Part shown: piece by piece, positions 1 to 9,181 of the stretch
Numbering within the stretch: position 1 is the stretch's first letter
Layout: the number at the start of each line of letters is the position of its first letter
Source of the DNA: a virus
Virus record (IMG/VR): IMGVR_UViG_3300045988_103228
Location: 1 to 64,000 of that record
Direction: 5' to 3' (one strand)
Length of the DNA stretch: 64,000 nucleotides
The notes under the pieces: generated by a model
Databases searched by the model: none
What the model was told of the DNA's origin: nothing
Seen by the model: the letters and a program-made list of their open reading frames with translations, nothing else
Made by a program: the position numbers and the translations under genes

Positions 1-79
1 GGTAAGACCTCCTGCTTATCTTTGTGAGTTTCAAAATTAGGTATATTATACCCGATTTTCTACTTTTTTTCAAGATGGT

Positions 80-107
80 CTATGCAAATCTCTATAAGTC
101 TATATTT
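80..107. repeat. Direct repeat copy 1 (TCTATGCAAATCTCTRTAAGTCTATAT) beside integrase; candidate arm-type Int binding site or att region
   Basis: 28-nt sequence at 80-107 is repeated at 159-186 with 1-2 mismatches, directly upstream (in gene orientation) of the integrase gene. Confidence 0.5.
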
Positions 108-158
108 ATCGATATTGCGACATTATTTCGAAATCGTTTTTGCCATTCCAAAATGGAC

Positions 159-186
159 TCTATGCAAATCTCTGTAAGTCTATATA
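159..186. repeat. Direct repeat copy 2 of the integrase-proximal 28-mer
   Basis: Near-identical to 80-107. Confidence 0.5.
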
Positions 187-198
187 TCTTTTGAAGAT

Positions 199-222
199 TT
201 GGTGTCAAAATTGGTGTCAAAT
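199..222. repeat. Tandem 12-mer TTGGTGTCAAAA x2 immediately before the int start codon
   Basis: ttggtgtcaaaattggtgtcaaa read directly. Confidence 0.45.
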
Positions 223-224
223 AA

Positions 225-1391
225 TTAGGAAACAATCTTATTAAACTGTTTGATTGCCTCTGCTTCGGTCTCTTCTTTTAAGATATGAGTATACACTTTC
301 AAGGTTATATCGGGCGACGAATGTCCCATAAGGTATTGAACCGATTTAACATCCATCTTGGCTTTGACAAGCCGTGTACAATATTCGTGGCGCATACTAT
401 GGGCAGTGACTTCAGGCAATGGTTCATCATGGCAACTATTATAGGCTTTGATTAGTCCTTCAAAAATTCTAACAAGGTTTTTATTCGTATAGGGCCTTCC
501 AGTTTTTGCTATAAACAAGAAGTCGGCTTGCCCATCTATTATTCTCTCTGCTTTTACAATCGGACGTTGTTTTACCGCTTCTTCAAAAGCAATGATGGCG
601 TCTTTAGATAATGGGATAGTCCTTATCCCACTTTCTGTTTTTGTAGGTGCTAAATACAGCCCGCCGCTCTTTCCATCGTACACCATCTGATGAGATATAG
701 TAACAGTGTTGTTATCAAAATCAAATGACTTTTTTGTTAGCCCGCATAATTCTCCTGCTCGAAGTCCTGTCTCGTGCAAAAGCATCACCATGCCAACATG
801 CCTTTTATATACTCGACTAGATTTCATGAACTTGATCAGATTTTGATACTGCTCTTCTGTTAATATTTCTTTTTCTTTTGAGTCGCATTTGACAACTGTA
901 TTTAATTTAAAAACGAATGGATTTCTAGGAATTATATTCTCATCAAACATTTCTTGAAATGCCGGTCTAGCTAAAGACATGACATCTCTGATTGTTGTAT
1001 AACAATATCCTTCGTTATCCAATTCTCGTGCAAATTGTTTTACATCGCGCACTAAAATATCAGTTGCATTCATTTCCCCAATTAGATGATTCTGAAAGAT
1101 TTTCAAAGTCTGCGATTTTGTTTTATAGCTGCTTGGCCTAATAGTGAGTTTTGTTTCTTCGAGATGTCTTTTTGCTAATTGGTACACTGTGATTTTTGAA
1201 GTAAACGTTGTACCCAAATTAAGTTTTTCTTGGATTTCAGCTTCTTTTTCTCTTAATTCTTTAAGTGAAGTGGCGTATATTATTGAGCGTTTTCCAAGTT
1301 TGTTTGTCCATCTATATTGGTATCTTCCATCCTTTCTCTGGCTCTCGCCGTCTTTTAAAACTTTGCCATTATTATCTTTACGTCTTATCAT
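225..1391 (-). CDS. int: Tyrosine-type site-specific integrase
   Basis: 388 aa. C-terminal box II HSMRHEYCTRLV...LMGHSSPDITLKVYTHI carries the R..H.xR..Y signature. Terminal position next to repeats. Confidence 0.85.
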   Translation of the reverse strand: MIRRKDNNGKVLKDGESQRKDGRYQYRWTNKLGKRSIIYATSLKELREKEAEIQEKLNLGTTFTSKITVYQLAKRHLEETKLTIRPSSYKTKSQTLKIFQNHLIGEMNATDILVRDVKQFARELDNEGYCYTTIRDVMSLARPAFQEMFDENIIPRNPFVFKLNTVVKCDSKEKEILTEEQYQNLIKFMKSSRVYKRHVGMVMLLHETGLRAGELCGLTKKSFDFDNNTVTISHQMVYDGKSGGLYLAPTKTESGIRTIPLSKDAIIAFEEAVKQRPIVKAERIIDGQADFLFIAKTGRPYTNKNLVRIFEGLIKAYNSCHDEPLPEVTAHSMRHEYCTRLVKAKMDVKSVQYLMGHSSPDITLKVYTHILKEETEAEAIKQFNKIVS

Positions 1392-1464
1392 GATGCAGAA
1401 CTCCTTACGTTATATAAGAAGCTCTGGTGTGACACCATGAGTATACCACATCAGAGCCTATATT

Positions 1465-1659
1465 TCAAACAGAATACGTTTGGTCTATATATTTTTCGAG
1501 AGCCTTACGCTTGATAAGACGTTTATTCCCCACCCAAAGTACCAATGGACAGTTTTCATCATCAGTAATCGCTCTTAGTCGGCAGACCCCAATCCCCGTG
1601 TAAGCAGCTGCTTCATCTAACGTCAGGGTCGTCTTTTCCCAAATTGGGACTTCCTTCAT
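1465..1659 (-). CDS. xis: Excisionase-family HTH DNA-binding protein (Xis-like)
   Basis: 64 aa. LTLDEAAAYTGIGVCRLRAI...RLIKRKALEKYI is a typical Xis/MerR-type HTH. Directly upstream of int, with a 4-nt overlap to folD. Confidence 0.6.
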   Translation of the reverse strand: MKEVPIWEKTTLTLDEAAAYTGIGVCRLRAITDDENCPLVLWVGNKRLIKRKALEKYIDQTYSV

Positions 1660-2483
1660 TCAATCGCCTCCTCCATCTTCTCTTCCCCATACCTTGCCAC
1701 ACATACATTATAAAGTAGCATGGCACGTGTCATAAGGCCAACTCCGCCGATACGAGGGGTCACCTTGATATTTTCCATCTCATAAATATCATCGGCACAG
1801 TCGCCGTGTTGTTTTCCGTTCTCGTCATAGTTGATGCCAACATCGATGCAGACTTCAACCCGATCAAGCCCAAACGGTGTGATAAAGTTACGCTTACCCA
1901 CAGCAGAGATAATCACATCAACCATTTCAAACCCAAGAGCAGTGGCCTTCATGCGGGAGCCCGTGCTATTCACGGAGATCACGTTACAGTGCCGCTTAAT
2001 CAGCATATCGACCAACGGACGACCTACAATATCAGATTGACCGCACACAAGCACATTCTTGCCATCCAGGTCGTAACCGATGGAGCCAAAAATCTTCATA
2101 ACGCCCAGTGGAGTGCAGGGCTGAAATGGAGATGTAGTATTAAAACCATCGACATCAACTGCGTCTGGAATGTAGATATTTTGGGGATCGATATGTTTTG
2201 GCAGCGGGAGCTGAACAATAATACCGTCCACATCTTCCCAATTATAATCTTCCAGTATCCTGTTATTTAATTCATCTTCCGTAATATTTTCTGGTAGCTT
2301 GATAAGCTTTGCTTCGATTCCAACCTCTTCACAGTCACGCAATTTACCGCGAATATAAGCGTTAGACGCAGGGTTGTCCCCTACTTGATAAATATGTAAA
2401 ATAGGAGCGTAGTCATCTTCTGCGATGATATTCTTGATTTTATTTTTGATATCTTGTGCAATAGATTTGCAATCAATAATCAT
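1656..2483 (-). CDS. folD: Bifunctional methylenetetrahydrofolate dehydrogenase/cyclohydrolase FolD
   Basis: 275 aa. NAD(P) Rossmann segment LVCGQSDIVGRPL and C-terminal TPRIGGVGLMTRAML (the FolD PGGVGP motif region). Typical FolD length. Confidence 0.75.
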   Translation of the reverse strand: MIIDCKSIAQDIKNKIKNIIAEDDYAPILHIYQVGDNPASNAYIRGKLRDCEEVGIEAKLIKLPENITEDELNNRILEDYNWEDVDGIIVQLPLPKHIDPQNIYIPDAVDVDGFNTTSPFQPCTPLGVMKIFGSIGYDLDGKNVLVCGQSDIVGRPLVDMLIKRHCNVISVNSTGSRMKATALGFEMVDVIISAVGKRNFITPFGLDRVEVCIDVGINYDENGKQHGDCADDIYEMENIKVTPRIGGVGLMTRAMLLYNVCVARYGEEKMEEAIE

Positions 2484-2514
2484 TGTGGCCCTCCTTTATA
2501 TAAAAGTCTAGCTC

Positions 2515-2787
2515 TTAATCTTCTTTCCACCACATACAGATATCATCATCTCGAACCTGAAGTCCAGTACGCTTTTCAAAGAAACATTTGTTGATACTGT
2601 CCCATGCAGCTTCTATAATAGAATCATCAGTTCCGTATGGTTCGTATCCATAATATATATGGAAATTGAGAAGCAGTTTGAATGACCTTCCATCTTGTTC
2701 ATAAGTGGGAATTGGTTCATCTTCAATTTTTTTTTTCCCACATGCTACCCTCCGTAAATCATACATTTTACTCTGTGAAAACATCAC
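2515..2787 (-). CDS. Hypothetical protein
   Basis: 90-aa minus-strand ORF in the operon run. Confidence 0.4.
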   Translation of the reverse strand: MMFSQSKMYDLRRVACGKKKIEDEPIPTYEQDGRSFKLLLNFHIYYGYEPYGTDDSIIEAAWDSINKCFFEKRTGLQVRDDDICMWWKED

Positions 2788-3004
2788 TTTTGGGAACCGC
2801 TACTTCTGCACTATAAGCAATGCCAATACATTCCGGGCATCTTGTTTCATAATGAACGAGTTTAGAAATGCTCAGTCCTCCACGAATACGATATTCTTTA
2901 ACAGAATTTTGGTCTGCCCAGAATTCACATCCACAGCTACACTTAAAATGAACTGCGTATTCTACAGGTTTAACAATTCTATGCTTAATAATTTGATACG
3001 CCAT
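2768..3004 (-). CDS. Hypothetical zinc-ribbon protein
   Basis: 78 aa with CSCGC...CPEC cysteine pairs. Confidence 0.45.
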   Translation of the reverse strand: MAYQIIKHRIVKPVEYAVHFKCSCGCEFWADQNSVKEYRIRGGLSISKLVHYETRCPECIGIAYSAEVAVPKSDVFTE

Positions 3005-3014
3005 ACTATATTCC

Positions 3015-3368
3015 TCATTGCATACTCACATGACCATATACTGACCCATTCTTATCAGCTAGTAAACACTGCTCCAGATATTCTTGCTTTTTCATAAGCT
3101 TGTATTTGGTAGCGAAAATCATTCTGTTATATTCAGTTGCCGCTTCTTCATAAGTGTCTGCGAAACGATAACAATCAGGATTTGCCCCAACGCTAAAAGT
3201 CTTTGATCTAGTTTTGTTACTCAAGGTATGGAACTTAGAATAGCAACTTCTTTCTTCAAAAGTACCAAAGACAGGTTCACATTTGATGCCAGCCTTTGTA
3301 TCGTCAAATCTAAATCCAGTACACCATAGAAGAGTATCTTCTGGGACTGTTTTAATGTCGTAAACCAT
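3015..3368 (-). CDS. Hypothetical protein
   Basis: 117-aa ORF, tight spacing. Confidence 0.45.
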   Translation of the reverse strand: MVYDIKTVPEDTLLWCTGFRFDDTKAGIKCEPVFGTFEERSCYSKFHTLSNKTRSKTFSVGANPDCYRFADTYEEAATEYNRMIFATKYKLMKKQEYLEQCLLADKNGSVYGHVSMQ

Positions 3369-3378
3369 ATTTTATTCC

Positions 3379-3615
3379 TCAAATATTATTCGCCGCAAAC
3401 ACAAACGACCTATTAAAAATATCTTTGAGATTTTTTTCTTGAATCTTATTTTCTTCAGATAAAGCAACCTTGATAACCTCATCGTCAGTATGCGTCTCGT
3501 CATATTCTGCCGTGTCGCAAATCTTATACAGTTTGCCGTCTTTATTTTGAAATAGAGTTCCTTTACCAAGTTCTAATGTAGTTGTTTTCTTTTCTTCTCG
3601 AATATGTGCTTTCAT
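3379..3615 (-). CDS. Hypothetical protein
   Basis: 78-aa ORF with a 4-nt overlap to the downstream MTase start. Confidence 0.4.
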   Translation of the reverse strand: MKAHIREEKKTTTLELGKGTLFQNKDGKLYKICDTAEYDETHTDDEVIKVALSEENKIQEKNLKDIFNRSFVFAANNI

Positions 3616-4349
3616 GATACCTCGATTCTTTCTTTGGCAATCTCAAAATATTTTTGGTCAAGTTCTATACCAATATAATTTCGTTCAAGATTTTTAGCGG
3701 CAATACCACTTCCACCAACACCCATACAATTATCAAGAATGGTCTCACCCTTATTTGTGTAAGTACTGATAAGCCACTCCATCAAAGCTACCGGTTTCTC
3801 GGTTGGATGGAGCATAACGGAACTATGTGCTCTTTGAAATGTCACCAGCGATTTCGGATACTTTTTCGTGTCACCCGCTCTTTCCGCAGATGCCTGATTT
3901 GTAGAATTAAAGTTGCCGTAGTTGTTGTTTTTACGGTTTCCTTCTTTATATTTTGTGCCCATTCCGTGGAGCGGTTTACCTTCTGTGAATTGTGGATTAT
4001 ATGTAGGAAGCTTCTTATAAAAAACAACAATTTCTTCTGTACTGCGGAGTGGCATTCGTTTTGCATTCAAAAATCCAGATGAAAGAACTTTATCCCACAC
4101 GAGATTATATCGCCACATTTTGCGGTTACTTTCCATAAGATCTGCCATGAACATTCCATCAGCAAACAGACAAATCGCACCGTTATCTTTGATGATTCGA
4201 TTGTATTGTTCCCACAGCTTGTCGAAAGGAATCACAGAATCCCATTTATTGTGAGTGACACCATATGGCAAGTCACAAAGAATCATATCGATAGATTTAT
4301 CTGTGATTTGTGGCATAATTTTCAGACAATCATCATTATAAAGTTCCAT
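3612..4349 (-). CDS. DNA methyltransferase, N6-adenine/N4-cytosine (N6_N4_Mtase family, beta class)
   Basis: 245 aa. Motif IV-like LCDLPYG near the N-terminus. C-terminal AdoMet motif DNCMGVGGSGIAA...RNYIGIELDQKYFEIAKERI is typical of PF01555. No cognate restriction gene nearby. Confidence 0.75.
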   Translation of the reverse strand: MELYNDDCLKIMPQITDKSIDMILCDLPYGVTHNKWDSVIPFDKLWEQYNRIIKDNGAICLFADGMFMADLMESNRKMWRYNLVWDKVLSSGFLNAKRMPLRSTEEIVVFYKKLPTYNPQFTEGKPLHGMGTKYKEGNRKNNNYGNFNSTNQASAERAGDTKKYPKSLVTFQRAHSSVMLHPTEKPVALMEWLISTYTNKGETILDNCMGVGGSGIAAKNLERNYIGIELDQKYFEIAKERIEVS

Positions 4350-4396
4350 TCACATCCTCTTATTCCTCCCACCCACCCGTTAAGCTCAATTAACAA

Positions 4397-4870
4397 TTAC
4401 GAATGGTCCCAAGTCGAACCATAGTCAAATTCATCCAGAATTACAGTAAGGTCATATCGGCCATGACCAATTTCATAAAACCCACTAAAGTTCTTTGCGT
4501 CTTCTTTGAGTTTTGCAATATCTTCATCGTAATAATTCAGAGCACGCTGCCATGCACGATAATCTTTATCGAGTTCAGTTTCTAAATATCTTTCGTGAAG
4601 CCGTTCAAGCCACTCTTCTTTAATATCAAGAGCTGGATAGATCACAAAAACATATTCGTAATTACTCTTCAAAAGCTGTTTACGAACTGCATCATGTGAA
4701 GATACGAACACAACATGTCCCTGTCTCGATAAATCAATAGCGACATTGCAATACGATTTGACCCAATTATCATCCTTTACAAAATTACTGCTTTCAAGGT
4801 CGATTGCACGATACGGATGACCAACTGCGTATGTACTTTTACCAACACATGGATATCCAATAACAATCAT
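4397..4870 (-). CDS. P-loop NTPase, putative nucleotide/polynucleotide kinase
   Basis: 157 aa. N-terminal Walker A IGYPCVGKST. Confidence 0.5.
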   Translation of the reverse strand: MIVIGYPCVGKSTYAVGHPYRAIDLESSNFVKDDNWVKSYCNVAIDLSRQGHVVFVSSHDAVRKQLLKSNYEYVFVIYPALDIKEEWLERLHERYLETELDKDYRAWQRALNYYDEDIAKLKEDAKNFSGFYEIGHGRYDLTVILDEFDYGSTWDHS

Positions 4871-4894
4871 AAAAACCTCCGTAAAATTTACCTT

Positions 4895-5206
4895 TTAATC
4901 GAGAGTCACTGCGCCATTCGGCCAGTTACCGGTCATTTCATACCATTCCATCTGAAGTGCATTCTCCTTTTCCTTTATGCACATTTTAACAAAGTCATGG
5001 ATTTCTTCGTCCTGTGGCCTTTTAAAAGTCCATTGCTCATCCACGAATCCTATATCTTCAAGACACTTGCGGTAGCCAGCAATCTCGTTATAAAAGATAT
5101 GGTCGTATTCATCCAGAAGAGTATGCTCGTCAAACAGCTTTACTTGCCATGCAATTCCAAATGGAGCTTCTTTCTCGGCATAAGATTCAACCGTATAATA
5201 CTTCAT
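4895..5206 (-). CDS. Hypothetical protein
   Basis: 103-aa ORF. Confidence 0.45.
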   Translation of the reverse strand: MKYYTVESYAEKEAPFGIAWQVKLFDEHTLLDEYDHIFYNEIAGYRKCLEDIGFVDEQWTFKRPQDEEIHDFVKMCIKEKENALQMEWYEMTGNWPNGAVTLD

Positions 5207-5224
5207 TATGTATTCTCCTTGCGT

Positions 5225-5758
5225 TTACTGCTTTCCGGTAGAACCAAAACCGCCCGCTCCACGCTCAGTTTCGTCCAATTCGGAAACCTCTTCAAAATCA
5301 GCCTGCCAGAACGGAACAACTGCCATCTGCGCAATGCGGTCGCCATGAGTAATCATTTGAGGGATATTGGAATGATTATGTAGTGCTACGATATATTCTC
5401 CACGGTAATCCTGATCACAAATCCCTGTTTTATTCGCAGGTGCAAGCCCCTGTTTCGTTGCCATACCACTGCGAGCATAGATAGCGACATACCAACCTTC
5501 CGGCGGAGCCATCCGCAGCCCAGTGGATACCTTAACGGTTTCGCCCGGCTGAATCATGATGCAACGGTCACCATTCTTGTTTACCATCGTTGCGTCATCA
5601 AAACCGATATAGGCATACAGGTCTGCACAAGCAGCATTTTTAGAACCATAAGTCGGAAGATGAGCATCATCGTGTAGTTTATTGATTTTAATGTTTGGGC
5701 GATACGGCATTCGACTCATGCCATAGCCAAGATTAGTAGTTGCGTTTCCTAAATCCAT
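5225..5758 (-). CDS. dut: dUTP diphosphatase (trimeric dUTPase)
   Basis: C-terminal motif V RGAGGFGSTGK, plus RSGMA and GICDQDYRGE motifs. Start moved to the internal Met (MDLGNATT...) so the gene abuts the nrdG stop instead of overlapping it by 71 nt. Confidence 0.8.
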   Translation of the reverse strand: MDLGNATTNLGYGMSRMPYRPNIKINKLHDDAHLPTYGSKNAACADLYAYIGFDDATMVNKNGDRCIMIQPGETVKVSTGLRMAPPEGWYVAIYARSGMATKQGLAPANKTGICDQDYRGEYIVALHNHSNIPQMITHGDRIAQMAVVPFWQADFEEVSELDETERGAGGFGSTGKQ

Positions 5759-5759
5759 A

Positions 5760-6287
5760 TTATTTTCCTTTCTCTTCTGGAGCCCACCAAAGGGTTGGCT
5801 CTTTATATCCAAGACTCCATTTAATATCAATTACTCGTTGGTTCTTGCTTCCCATGTACGGAAGTGAAATATCTTTTTCTGCTTCAATAAAAGGACCATC
5901 TACGAGGACGTTGATGTTAGCAAGAATGTCAGCTACGAGCCCATCCTGATTCCACAATTCTTCCCACTTATATCCAGTCCAGAGCCAAACGTCTTTTTTG
6001 TCCTGAAATTCAGCCCATACACGACGGACGATTTTCTCAACAACTTCTCTGTTCTCAGGATATAGTGGATCTCCACCAGTGAGCGTAAGCCCTTGAATAT
6101 AATCAGGTCGAAGTAAATCTACAATTTTATCAAGCGTTTCATCCGTGAATGGCCGACCACCATTCGGGTCCCATGTGGTAGGATTCTGACAGCCGGGGCA
6201 GTGATGGTCACAACCCTGTACGAACAATGTGACGCGCACCCCTTCGCCATTCGCTATATCACATGGAACGATTTTAGCGTAATTCAT
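5760..6287 (-). CDS. nrdG: Anaerobic ribonucleoside-triphosphate reductase activating protein NrdG (radical SAM)
   Basis: 175 aa. CDHHCPGC is the CxxxCxxC radical-SAM cluster. N-terminal MNYAKIVPCDIANGEGVRVTLFVQGC is typical of NrdG. Confidence 0.8.
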   Translation of the reverse strand: MNYAKIVPCDIANGEGVRVTLFVQGCDHHCPGCQNPTTWDPNGGRPFTDETLDKIVDLLRPDYIQGLTLTGGDPLYPENREVVEKIVRRVWAEFQDKKDVWLWTGYKWEELWNQDGLVADILANINVLVDGPFIEAEKDISLPYMGSKNQRVIDIKWSLGYKEPTLWWAPEEKGK

Positions 6288-6445
6288 TTTGTATTACCCA
6301 TCGATTTCAAGATTTTATTTCGTTCTTCATAAAGATCTACTAATTCCTCTCCGACGATAGAAATCGGCTGACGCATCCTCATGAGTTCGTGCATATCGTA
6401 TCTTACAATCTCAATGTCGCGATCTACTTGTTCTAGTGTTCTCAT
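6284..6445 (-). CDS. Hypothetical small protein (53 aa, below the ORF-track cutoff)
   Basis: Hand-translated MRTLEQVDRDIEIVRYDMHELMRMRQPISIVGEELVDLYEERNKILKSMGNTK. ATGA overlaps with both neighbouring genes. Confidence 0.35.
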   Translation of the reverse strand: MRTLEQVDRDIEIVRYDMHELMRMRQPISIVGEELVDLYEERNKILKSMGNTK

Positions 6446-6816
6446 TCATACACCTTCTCTTCCATTTTTGCGCCACAATAAGGGCAATATTTAAAAGGCT
6501 TATATTTTTCAGAACCCAAGCAAGGCGTTTCACGCGGATAAAAGAAATCTTCGTAAAACTGTTCATTGCAATTAGAGCAGTGATATACAAAGTCTTCTTC
6601 GTCATCACACGGCCAGTGATTCCAGTGTGCAATAGCACGAACTGTATTAGATTCTGCTTTCGGAAGTCTTAGTAGGTTTTCGCGTTCTTCTGCTAGGAAA
6701 TCGGAATAATCATCTCGTTCGTCATAAAAGCGCATGTGCTTCAAGCCACTGTCAATTTCGTCTAACAAAGGAGTGATATCCGCCCATTGAGCGTTTTCAG
6801 GAATATATTTTGCCAT
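6442..6816 (-). CDS. Hypothetical zinc-ribbon protein
   Basis: 124 aa with HCSNCN...CPYCG. Confidence 0.5.
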   Translation of the reverse strand: MAKYIPENAQWADITPLLDEIDSGLKHMRFYDERDDYSDFLAEERENLLRLPKAESNTVRAIAHWNHWPCDDEEDFVYHCSNCNEQFYEDFFYPRETPCLGSEKYKPFKYCPYCGAKMEEKVYE

Positions 6817-7017
6817 TTAAACAAACCTCGCCCACATACTTGCACAAACGATAATAAAAACATTCAGCGCGACGCAACCATATATTCCGTTCTTCCTATC
6901 ACCTCGGAAAATATATGTAGTGGTGTCATACAGAATCTGCTCAGAGCGAATCACCGCTGCGGTGAAAATCAAAATAATATAAGCCTTGGTCATAAGCCAA
7001 TCAATCTCAGCCAGCAT
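6817..7017 (-). CDS. Hypothetical small membrane protein
   Basis: 66 aa, hydrophobic. Confidence 0.4.
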   Translation of the reverse strand: MLAEIDWLMTKAYIILIFTAAVIRSEQILYDTTTYIFRGDRKNGIYGCVALNVFIIVCASMWARFV

Positions 7018-7059
7018 TTACGTCACTTCCTTTCTGTTAAAGCGGAATTTTTTATTTTG

Positions 7060-7404
7060 TTATTTATGCTTCTCATCCTCGGTCATGTATCGCCAGAAGT
7101 CTGGCTTGTCGATTACATCGCAATTCAAGTCATACCACTGAGTATTCCATGCCATAAAGGCAATCTCTGCTGGACCGTCGTTACCATATCGGATATATAC
7201 ATTTTCGGAGCAGAGCTTGTTGCTGACAACCGGCTCTCTGTCTTTTACTCGAATCCATCGTGGGTCATAATCAACCTCTTTGTAAGACGAGATTTCAATA
7301 TTGTGGTAACAATTAGAAAGCTCTATACGAATATCGTCTTCGATAGACTTGATATTCTCATTGTCGATTTCATCAACCAGAAGTTCAAGAGTCACTTTCT
7401 TCAT
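7060..7404 (-). CDS. Hypothetical protein
   Basis: ORF 7060..7569 trimmed to the internal Met (MKKVTLELL...) so it does not overlap the next genes. Confidence 0.4.
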   Translation of the reverse strand: MKKVTLELLVDEIDNENIKSIEDDIRIELSNCYHNIEISSYKEVDYDPRWIRVKDREPVVSNKLCSENVYIRYGNDGPAEIAFMAWNTQWYDLNCDVIDKPDFWRYMTEDEKHK

Positions 7405-7546
7405 CGTTATCCTCCGGCCAATCAATCCGAGCGCCGCACTGGCCACAAAAGTTGTTGTGATTTCCATCTTCGTTATAAAGGTACTCACCGCTTCCGCAGC
7501 ACTGGCAAGCAATAATACCTTCTTCTGCAAAAGGATTGTTAAACAT
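7385..7546 (-). CDS. Hypothetical zinc-ribbon protein
   Basis: Internal start MFNNPF.... Contains CQCCGSG...CGQCG. Confidence 0.35.
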   Translation of the reverse strand: MFNNPFAEEGIIACQCCGSGEYLYNEDGNHNNFCGQCGARIDWPEDNDEESDS

Positions 7547-7793
7547 TTTTGGCCTCGATTTCTTTCCATCCAATGAAATCACAAATACAAAGCTTCTCCG
7601 GATCACACCGATGAAGCAGGAATTTATTCTGTCCAGAAAGCCTAGAACCGCCAGACACTTCAGCGTGTTCACAACCATCTTTAAACATTTCGGAAAGACT
7701 CCATTCCTCAACAGCAGATAAATCAACATCATTTTTAATGATATTGCGATCGCATCCACGACATTTAAAGATTTTTACGTATTTCTTTTCCAT
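7539..7793 (-). CDS. Hypothetical protein
   Basis: 84 aa with CRGCDRN cysteine motifs. Confidence 0.4.
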   Translation of the reverse strand: MEKKYVKIFKCRGCDRNIIKNDVDLSAVEEWSLSEMFKDGCEHAEVSGGSRLSGQNKFLLHRCDPEKLCICDFIGWKEIEAKNV

Positions 7794-7794
7794 A

Positions 7795-8238
7795 TCAATC
7801 TACCTTAGTATCCTTATCATCGTCAGCGTCGTTTTCTATATCATCAAAGAATGATTTGTAATCAAACCACTGATCTTTGATGATGTTACCGATGATTTTC
7901 ACATACTCTCCTCTTTTGATAGCTGCACGGATATATTTCCCTTTTAGTGATTCAAGTTCAGAACAATCAACAACATCTAAAATTCTTACGATAGCTTCAG
8001 CTCCGTCTTCATAACCTTCAAAATTTGCGGCATTCCCATCTTTAATAGACTCTCCGTTGATGTAGTATTTTCTACCAATAGAAGGACCCATGTAATTTAC
8101 TCCCCATCCATCACCTTCTAAAGTGAGTGTAAGAGAAAGCCATCCGTAATCTTTTATTCCAAAAGATACATTTTTAATGTATGCGTTTCTTAGCTCGTAT
8201 CCATTGGCTTCAAGAAGATCTTTTGTCCATTTCTTCAT
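7795..8238 (-). CDS. Hypothetical protein, tandem paralog A
   Basis: 147 aa. N-terminal M(K/N)KWTK and C-terminal K(I)IGNIIKDQWFDY(K/E)SFF are shared with 8265..8681. Confidence 0.55.
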   Translation of the reverse strand: MKKWTKDLLEANGYELRNAYIKNVSFGIKDYGWLSLTLTLEGDGWGVNYMGPSIGRKYYINGESIKDGNAANFEGYEDGAEAIVRILDVVDCSELESLKGKYIRAAIKRGEYVKIIGNIIKDQWFDYKSFFDDIENDADDDKDTKVD

Positions 8239-8264
8239 ATTTGCACCTCGCTAGAACGGCACTT

Positions 8265-8681
8265 TTATAAAGCTGGCGTTTCACTTATTTCTTGTTTTTT
8301 CTCGTAATCTTCAAAGAAAGATTCATAATCAAACCACTGGTCTTTAATTATATTGCCGATGATTTTAATGGAACTTCCCCAGCCTTTCGATGCAACGCGA
8401 ATGTACATATTCTTCATATGAGTAAATTCACTACATCCAACAACGTCCATGATTCGCATGATGGATTCCATGCCAGCGGCAGAGCCCTCAAACTTCTTAG
8501 CTCCTAGATATCCTTTTCCAAGCACATATCCACCATAACAGGCTCCCCATCCACCGCCGTCAAGAGTAAGACCAGAAGTCAAAACCCCATGGTCTTCCAT
8601 GTTAAGAGAAACATTCGTGATACGAGCGTTCTCAATTTTATATCCAGCAGCCTCAAGAGAATTTTTAGTCCACTTATTCAT
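8265..8681 (-). CDS. Hypothetical protein, tandem paralog B
   Basis: 138 aa. Diverged copy of 7795..8238 with the same C-terminal block. Confidence 0.55.
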   Translation of the reverse strand: MNKWTKNSLEAAGYKIENARITNVSLNMEDHGVLTSGLTLDGGGWGACYGGYVLGKGYLGAKKFEGSAAGMESIMRIMDVVGCSEFTHMKNMYIRVASKGWGSSIKIIGNIIKDQWFDYESFFEDYEKKQEISETPAL

Positions 8682-8891
8682 TCAGCAATCGCAGCCTCCT
8701 ACGTCTCTCACATCCTGAATCATGCAATCAGCACCGTTATGAGACTTCTCAAATCGATGCCGTGCCTTGTTCATTGCTTCATTCTGATCGTATGCTTGGA
8801 CATAATATGTATTAGTTGCCTGAATTCCATCTTCATAAAACAGGACTTCTACCGACCAATAATTCATATAGCTCCTTTCATGCCACCACAC
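8682..8891 (-). CDS. Hypothetical protein
   Basis: 69-aa ORF. Confidence 0.35.
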   Translation of the reverse strand: MWWHERSYMNYWSVEVLFYEDGIQATNTYYVQAYDQNEAMNKARHRFEKSHNGADCMIQDVRDVGGCDC

Positions 8892-8903
8892 CCACCCTAT
8901 TAT

Positions 8904-9107
8904 TTATTCTACTTCCTCGTAGGTTTCCTCAAAGATATCCGGCTTACATGGATAAATTTCTCCACTCGCGCCACGGATGATGTAATCACCATAGTTAGCG
9001 TGCATAACGCCTTCCAACGTTTCGATATCCGCATTGGTATCTGGAATATGAACAAATCCGCTACTAGACCCATGAAAAGTAACTGTTCCGTTTGTCACCT
9101 TATCCAT
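8904..9107 (-). CDS. Hypothetical protein
   Basis: 67-aa ORF. Confidence 0.35.
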   Translation of the reverse strand: MDKVTNGTVTFHGSSSGFVHIPDTNADIETLEGVMHANYGDYIIRGASGEIYPCKPDIFEETYEEVE

Positions 9108-9181
9108 AAACTAGTCAGGAATATAGTCAATTCCAAGCTGAAATGCTTCAATTACAACCGGTCTCTTACGATACTGTCCCA

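Noticed and set aside
3372-3569. 65-aa ORF overlapping 3379..3615
   Set aside because: Alternative frame of the same locus. The 78-aa frame has the better start context and operon overlap.
5225-5830. Long form of the dUTPase ORF (201 aa)
   Set aside because: It would overlap nrdG by 71 nt. An internal Met at 5758 gives a gene abutting the nrdG stop.
6411-6638. 75-aa minus-strand ORF
   Set aside because: It lies in an alternative frame inside the 6442..6816 zinc-ribbon gene. Replaced by the hand-found 6284..6445 ORF that fits the gap with start/stop overlaps.
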